DNA from: Octopus vulgaris
Taxonomy: Eukaryota
NCBI GenBank assembly: GCA_951406725.2
Contig: OX597818.1
Coordinates: forward strand, 60,512,001 to 60,576,000
Length of the DNA: 64,000 nucleotides
Direction: 5' to 3'
Both the position numbers and the translations under genes were made by a program. Below are positions 56,516-64,000 of the stretch, piece after piece (the first letter of the stretch is position 1; each line of letters starts with the position of its first letter). The notes beneath the pieces are model-generated. The model saw nothing but the letters and a program-made list of their open reading frames with translations, had not been told where the DNA came from and ran no database searches.

Positions 56516-57022
56516 TTTATCTAATTCAGGGTTAATGCCAAGTTGCCTGGCGAATTTGCAAACTTCCTTGACAATAGAATGTAATTTTTTGCTACTTTCG
56601 TATTTGCACAAAAGCCGCAGCATGGTGATCTCATATCAAGATAAATACCACATGACCTTGCAGGTGGGACTCAGTTAGAATGTTCTTCTGGTCGAGTAGC
56701 CCATCCCTGAATAACGGTTGTTTAAAGACGTTGAACGAAACACCCATGTTTACAGAGGTGAATCATTCCAACCCCGAAGAATCCCTTTCAACACCTGGCT
56801 ATGATGCTCCCCCACTACGTCTGCTCGTGATCAGAGATGCACATATCTTCAGTCACTAAGGGATATGCTCAACTGGTCAAAGTCAAACAACTAACAAGCA
56901 AATCTGTGGTATTGAGCAGAATATTTGCTGTAGCCCATCTTTTATATCAAGACAAAACAATGTATGTGATAACACTTCCAATCAGTTAAGATCAGAAACC
57001 ACGTGAGCCACTGCCTGGTACT
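56512..57022 (-). mobile_element. Family E 5' part fused to a LINE-like coding fragment
   Basis: 56621-57022 matches family E. From the ATG at 56623 it continues [37 protein letters not shown]. Confidence 0.7.
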
Positions 57023-57031
57023 GCAGCAGAG

Positions 57032-57106
<75 letters not shown>

Positions 57107-57201
57107 TTTTTTTTTCTTCTTTCAAATTTGCTTCCATTTCTTGCCGAGTGTCTTCCCGACTCCTAGGGCAAAATTATTATTAATATTATTATTATTATTA
57201 A

Positions 57202-57235
<34 letters not shown>

Positions 57236-57263
57236 GTTGTTGTTGTTGTTATTATTATTATAC

Positions 57264-57800
57264 TTTTAGTTTTGGCTTTGTATTTTTAAAAGTTATCTCC
57301 AAGTCTCACCGGGAGGAGTTCAATTTGGTGCTATGACTAGGGTGCCATATTTTCGGTTTTACACAAACGATTGTTGTAGAGAATGTCTGTTAAAACATAA
57401 GAAACTGACAAGTTTGTTTTAAAAGTGATTTGATCATAAGACGATAGTGTAATCTTAAGATGACAATAAAAGGTGTTACTTATGTACATTTAAAAGAACT
57501 TTTGATTATGTTCACTGATTAAAATGTTTTTTTGAATTTACATAAACAATATTTTTTCTTAAGATATGAGCAATTCCCTATTGTTTTCATTTCTTCCACT
57601 TTTGATTTCCTGGTATCTGAGACAAGGAACAATCATCCCCTTTTGCTATCATCCCTTAGGGGCCTATGACAACAGGTACTGTTCTAGTCTTGAGGTTCCC
57701 CCTTTTACCAATTTCTGTTTCAAGATGTTTACATTTGTTCAGTTTTTGGAAGGTCTTGACCGACACATTTATGTCGATTGGGGAAGTATCGATGAGGAAG
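57264..57800 (-). mobile_element. Decayed R4/Dong-type LINE 3' end (RLE domain)
   Basis: Frameshifted LIDTSP.IDINVSVKTFQKLNKCKHLETEIGKRGNLKTRTVPVVIGP*GMIAKG..IPGN..AHILRK.ILFM*. UTR like 13136-13330. Ends in (TAA)n. Confidence 0.8.
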
Positions 57801-57808
57801 TATGATTT

Positions 57809-59162
57809 GTGTCTGAACTCCTCCAAGAACGTAATCTTCTTGAGAAAGGAGTGAAGATAACACTGTACAGAAAACTTACAGAGGATCTGCTTGCATTATT
57901 CACCATGAAGGATGAGTTGTGCGTTTGTAATGACATCACTGAACTTTTTGAGCAACTGGAAATACCATATGATAAAACCAACTGGCAACTTTTCATAGAT
58001 GTATCCAAAGACAGCATCAAAGTTGTTCTGCTACACAATGGTAGCACTCTGCTTTTTGTTCCCATAGCTTATAGCACAACCAAGAAAGAATCCTATGAAA
58101 ATCTGAAAGCAATTCTGACAAGCATACAGTATGATGGCCATACCTAGCATATTTGTGCAGATTTTAAGCTTGTGCCATGCTTACTGGCCTTCAGCATGGC
58201 TATACTACATTTTGCTGCTTCTTATGCTTATGGAATTCCAGAGCAAGGGCTGAACATTATGTAAGCAAGGATTGGCCGATCCAAGATGAAATTGAGCAAG
58301 GAAAACACATCTTGCACAAACAACTTGTGGAAAGTGATAATTTTTTTTACCACCTTTGCATATTAAACTTGGTTTGTTTAAGCAATTTTGAAAGCCTTGG
58401 ACAAGGAATCCTCTGCATTTGCATATCTTGCAGAAAAGTTCCCTTCCCTGAGTCAAGCTAAAATTAAAGAAGGTTTCTTCATAGGGCCCCAAATTCGAAA
58501 AATTTTACTTGATGACACCTTGATCACACATCTCAAGAGAAAAGAGAAGCTTGCCTTTGAGTCATTCAAGAAAGTTTGCGATAACTTCCTGGGCAACCAT
58601 CGTTCAGAAGACTATGTGCAGGTTGTGAATGATCTGCTGAATCATTACCATGATATGCGATGTAATATGTCTCAAAAAGTTCCTGTGCTTCACTCTCATT
58701 TGGAGTTTTTGCGGAAAATCTTGGTGATGTGAGTGATGATCATGGTAAAAGATTCCATCAGGATATTTCAGTGATGGAGCGACAATTCAAAGGAAAATGG
58801 AACCCTAGCATGTTGGCAGACTACTGCAGGAGTATAAACAAAGAAGATCACACTCCGCACAAGAGTCTTAGAAGGACGAAATTCGCTTAAACTGCCAGGT
58901 GTGTTTTTAATTCATAACCAATATATGTTTTGTTATATCAACTAAATTTTTGTTTTGTTTTTCGTAACTTTCAGTATTGCAATGTTGTATTCAATACGCA
59001 ACATTATGCAGTATATTATAAAACATAGGGTTCATGGTAGAGGAAAACGGTGCCTAATCTGGAGAAAGAAAGGTCAGAATCAGAATCAGGACAATTGTTT
59101 GACCCCGAAACAAGTCTTACTTAACTTGTAATTTTTTGGAACCTGAAATCTGCTGCACAGTG
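57809..59162 (+). mobile_element. Decayed DNA transposon, Chapaev3-like (CMC) transposase pseudogene
   Basis: Frameshifted motifs WQLFIDVSKDSIKVVLLHNG, ICADFK, GYTTFCCFLCLWNSRA, PLHIKLGL, GPQIR, FLGNHRSEDY, LHSHL, GDVSDDHGKRFHQDI, MLADYC. 3' terminus ..GCACAGTG at 59162. Family assignment is from recall. Confidence 0.8.
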
Positions 59163-59220
59163 TCAGTTGTGTGTATGAGATAATAATACTAATGATGATG
59201 ATGATGATAATAATAATAAT

Positions 59221-59763
59221 ATACCAGGCAGTGGCTCTCATGGCTTCTGATCTTAACTGATTGGAAGTGTTATCATGTACATTGTTTTGTCTTGGTATAA
59301 AAGATGGGCTACAGCAGATATTCTGCTCAATACCACAGATTTGCTTGTCAGTTGTTTGACCTTAACCAGTTGAGCATGTCCCTTAGTGGCTGACGATATG
59401 TGCATCTCTGATCACGAGCAGAAGTAGTGGGGGAGCATCATAGCCATGTGTTGAGAGGGATTCTTTGGGGTTTGAATAGTTCACCTCTGGAAACATGGGG
59501 GGTTCTTTCAACATCCTTAAACAACCCTTATTCAGGGACCGTTTGAGCGGGATGGGCTACTCAACCTGAAGAAAATTCTAACTGGGCCCCACCTGCAAGG
59601 TCATGTGCTGTTTATCTTGATATGAGATCACCATGTCGTGCACATATGGTTGTGATGCATGTGCCTGGTGTACCTTTATCAGACGGGTAGTCATGATGGG
59701 TATATTGGGCTTCGTATATTTTACCCCAGTGTCACTTTGATGGCATGAACTGCTCTCTCACTC
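59221..59763 (+). mobile_element. Family E element in (AAT)n
   Basis: Reverse complement of 11462-11995, followed by a long (AAT)n. Confidence 0.85.
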
Positions 59764-59810
<47 letters not shown>

Positions 59811-59818
59811 TAATAATA

Positions 59819-59849
<31 letters not shown>

Positions 59850-59857
59850 TGATAATA

Positions 59858-59888
<31 letters not shown>

Positions 59889-59890
59889 TG

Positions 59891-59944
<54 letters not shown>

Positions 59945-59967
59945 GTAATAGTAATAATAATAATAAT

Positions 59968-60175
59968 CCTTTGTACTAAAGGAACAAGGCCTGAAATTTT
60001 GAGGAAGGACCTGAGTCGATTACATCGACCCCCAGTGCTTCACCGGTACTTATTTTATCGATTCCGAAAGGATGAAAAGCGAAGTCGACCTCGGTGGAAT
60101 TTGAACTCAGAACGTAAAGACAGACGAAATGCAGTTGATCATTTTGCTCGGCATGCTAACAATTCTGCCAGCTTG
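59968..60175 (-). mobile_element. SINE family B
   Basis: GAAAGGATGAAAAGCGAAGTCGACCTCGGTGGAATTTGAACTCAGAACG. Confidence 0.8.
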
Positions 60176-61007
60176 TTCGAGAGTATGCTTTTATTGGCTC
60201 GTGATGAAACGATGTTCCGATTATGTCCAATTTATACACCACAAACTGAGAGTTTGCTGCAAATGTTTTGCTAACGTCTGAACGAAACCAATGCGAGATT
60301 GTTTTTCCAATTTCATATACGAACGAATATGGAGCTGCCATATAAGAGTTACGAGGGCTGGCTGTTATATGGCAACTGCTTACAAGCATTTCTTGCCTGG
60401 ATGATAATTACACTTGACAATCATGACGAGCCAATAAAAATAATAATTACTGTTATTTTTATCAATAAAGCGGTGAATTGTTGAGGGTAATATACGTATC
60501 ATTGTCGAGTTCTTGAGTGGGGGTTGATTATTTGGGAATATATTTTCATGAAAAATTCCCAACAGCTCGTCATCATCAGATTATTACTTTGCTGAGATCA
60601 GCATACCTCAATGATAAAAGTGCCGTCAGGTATTCCGCTATTAATGATAATATTAATAATACTAGCAAGTATCAGATCAGATGCATTCCATTTCCTCCGA
60701 GGATCCACGTGGAGATTTAATTTGTTATTACATGATTGATATCATGAAACAGCACTAGTAAGACTCTTCGTAGCTCATATCTTCATGCTTCCTAGAATAA
60801 TTAACTGCACACAGCACATCTGGAAACAGAAAGTAGAAGCAAGCTAATATCAGTTTTAAAATGCTGTCGAATTTGCCAACCCATGTTCTGGAAGATTTAG
60901 ATTGTGATGACTGCCTACATGTGAAAACATACTAACGTCTCCTCTAGACTTATTGCATTTTAGAAAAGAAATCATTTCTAAAGGTGAGCACGAAAATATA
61001 TCTTTTC

Positions 61008-61033
<26 letters not shown>

Positions 61034-61042
<9 letters not shown>

Positions 61043-61245
61043 TTATATATAGTCGCCATAATAGATCGGTAGCCACTACACACATTTTTCTCTCTCCTTG
61101 TTTCTTTCTGTGTTCCTTTCTGTAAAAGAGCGTAGGCTCGAAACGTTAAAGACTTTTTCACTTCCCGAGCGTTATACTAATACATTTGTTTGATGTCTAC
61201 ACCACCTGTTTTCGTCTTGTGGTTTTTTTCATGAATTCGCCCTAT
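61034..61245 (+). mobile_element. HHR-like repeat family H1 copy
   Basis: 61116-61151 reads CTTT-CTGTAAA-A-GAGC(GTAG)GCTC-GAA-ACGT-T-AAAG. Confidence 0.8.
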
Positions 61246-61404
61246 ATATATAGATCGAAATAAGGAGTAGAAGGACAGCCGACAACTGTTGAAGGGTCGT
61301 TTCTTTATGCTACTTGTCTTGTTTTCCATTTGTTTCTCTCGTTCTTTGCGTACCCAACTTTATTTTCGTATTTCATGTTGTTTACGTTTTATGACGTCCT
61401 GTAC

Positions 61405-62015
<611 letters not shown>

Positions 62016-62269
62016 GCTGGATATATTAGAGTTTTATTGGTATATTATTTCAATCCTTCGGCCATTTAGAAGTTCGTTAAAACTTTTTATATATATTATT
62101 AAAGAATTCACCACCCAGACTTGCATTTTCTTAATATATTATTCAAAACTGTTTTGGAAAAGAAAAAAAAAATGAAAAACTATATTCTGATGGTTGCTTA
62201 TTATGTCTGGTGTACGAAAAGTCCGTGGCTTTAAGGATGTCGCAAAAGGCCTGGTTGGGGACCCAATAT

Positions 62270-62417
62270 TCCAAGTTCTTTTACAGAGATCAGAAGAACT
62301 GAAGGGCGGTTGCAATAATTGTGTAAATCCGAGGTCAATATGTTGAATAAAATCATAATTAACTGTCCCTCCTATATTTTCTTTTGCCCTAAGCCAAGAA
62401 CTTTTCAGCACCCCTCG
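62270..62417 (+). mobile_element. Mariner transposon 3' end remnant
   Basis: Decayed FF......L..NCV....YVE* C-terminus, then the TIR AACTTTTCAGCACCCCTCG followed by TA. Confidence 0.65.
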
Positions 62418-63130
62418 TATATGAATATCATTGTAAAGATATCTAAATATTGTTTACAGGAGCGTTTGTTTTCAAAATAGAGGGACACTAGATGTTCACT
62501 AGGGCTCTGTCTTCAGAACTATCGTTGTCGCCTATTTATAAGATTTAAAATATAAACCTCCATCCGTTTTCACTCTATAATCTCTCCGTACATGTTCTAT
62601 CCACGAACTATCACATGTAGTTTAGAACAAGGTTTAAAATCGCTTCGATATCATAAAAAAAAACTGTACTTGTCAAGATCGAAAACTGATTGTTCGATTC
62701 TCATTGCGGAGAAGCTACTGAAATAGTGAAGCTAGCTGTAGAATCAAAATATCTAAATTTCCGAAGAATTAAGAAATAATTCGATAAACAATTCTGAAGG
62801 AGGATTGCCTCTTTTGTAGGCCGTAAATATCACTATTGTATGCTAAGAACAAACCACGTTTTGACGAACGGTTCAGGGATATCTGTGTTAATATCTGTGT
62901 TACGTTGGCTAAGAAGAAACCTATTAAATATACTTGATACACAGCAGCTAATAGAGAAGTATACTTAAAATGAATCTCAAATACTCTTCAGATTGTATGT
63001 CAAATAAAAGCAGGAGGAATTTGATGTCAAGAAGTTATCCCTTCATGCGCAAGAGAAACATATTTTCGACTTGTCTCTGTATGTCTCCCTCACCCTCTCT
63101 CTCTCTCATCCTCTCTCTCTCTTTTTCTCT

Positions 63131-63178
<48 letters not shown>

Positions 63179-63494
63179 GTCACATACACAAACGCTTAAT
63201 GACCTTGTTCTGAAAGATCAGATTCTTTTTCATTCCACAAGGAATACAAATTTATTCAGACTAACAAACTTCTTTGTATAATTTCTGCCAACAGAGACCA
63301 CCACTCATTTCCCCGGACACTGTTTCTCCACCCCACCCCACCATCGCTATATGTTATATACTACCACATAAATAACTTGCTACAAGTAAAAGGTAGCTTC
63401 TGTATCTTATGTGACCTAATAATGGCTTCATCGATTCTTTCAATGAACGTATAATAGCTACAGCAAGAAATGGACGAGGTACGTTAGTTTAGTT

Positions 63495-63560
63495 CAGTGG
63501 TTTCCAACCATTTTTTGCAGACGGATCTCTTTGATTCCTGCTTTACTCCACTGGACCGCC
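63495..63560 (+). mobile_element. Possible hAT/Charlie-like terminal repeat
   Basis: CAGTGGTTTCCAACCATTTTT resembles Charlie TIRs. No partner end identified. Confidence 0.3.
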
Positions 63561-64000
63561 ATATATATTTGCTTTATATATAAAAGAAATATCAACGTAT
63601 TCTTATGATTAAATATTAGGAGGGATTTGTATGAATAATTAAAATATTTTGTGTATGGTAGAAGTACAAGGAATTTATTGCACATACATTTTAACAAGAC
63701 AATCTTAAGTGGCTGTTATTTCTAGGAAGTCGTTCCCTATTTGATCCGTTGTTATGGACATATATTATATGAAGAGAGGATATAAGTGAAAGAAAACTAC
63801 TGCGAGCAGAAGATGGAATGCAGAGAGAAAGAATTCATCAAAGTCGTTCTCAGATTAGTGAAGTCGGACCCAGCTTAAGAACAGCTGGTTTAGTTAGAAG
63901 CAAAATGTTTCTTTTTCACTGTATGAAACAAAGGAAAGTTAGAAGCGTGTCTAATGACTGTTTTTGTGGCCATTTTTTGGTCTTGGTTAATGAGATAGAA

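Overview
This is repeat-saturated, AT-rich eukaryotic non-coding DNA (intron or intergenic). The SINE families and extreme microsatellite density suggest an octopus/cephalopod genome; that is inferred from recalled repeat families and was not searched. No intact protein-coding gene is supported, and nearly all listed ORFs are microsatellite translations. Mobile DNA present: four tRNA-head SINE families (several with exact TSDs, one as a 4x184-bp multimer), five non-autonomous Helitrons, (TAA)n-embedded R4/Dong-type LINE remnants, Tx1/L1 and RTE fragments, a decayed Chapaev3-like transposase, Tigger/mariner ends, and Penelope-like (PLE) RT and GIY-YIG fragments. The main signal is a set of at least six distinct families of minimal type-I hammerhead ribozyme (HHR) motifs with palindromic helix III, mostly next to microsatellites. 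Four families occur as large fold-back elements with an outward-facing HHR (or partial HHR) in each arm. One has a G3-C8 swapped core and one multi-copy family has a CUGUAGA core. A second oddity is a 6x~152-bp tandem array plus one inverted copy, carrying octamer, CCAAT and CSL-like motifs.
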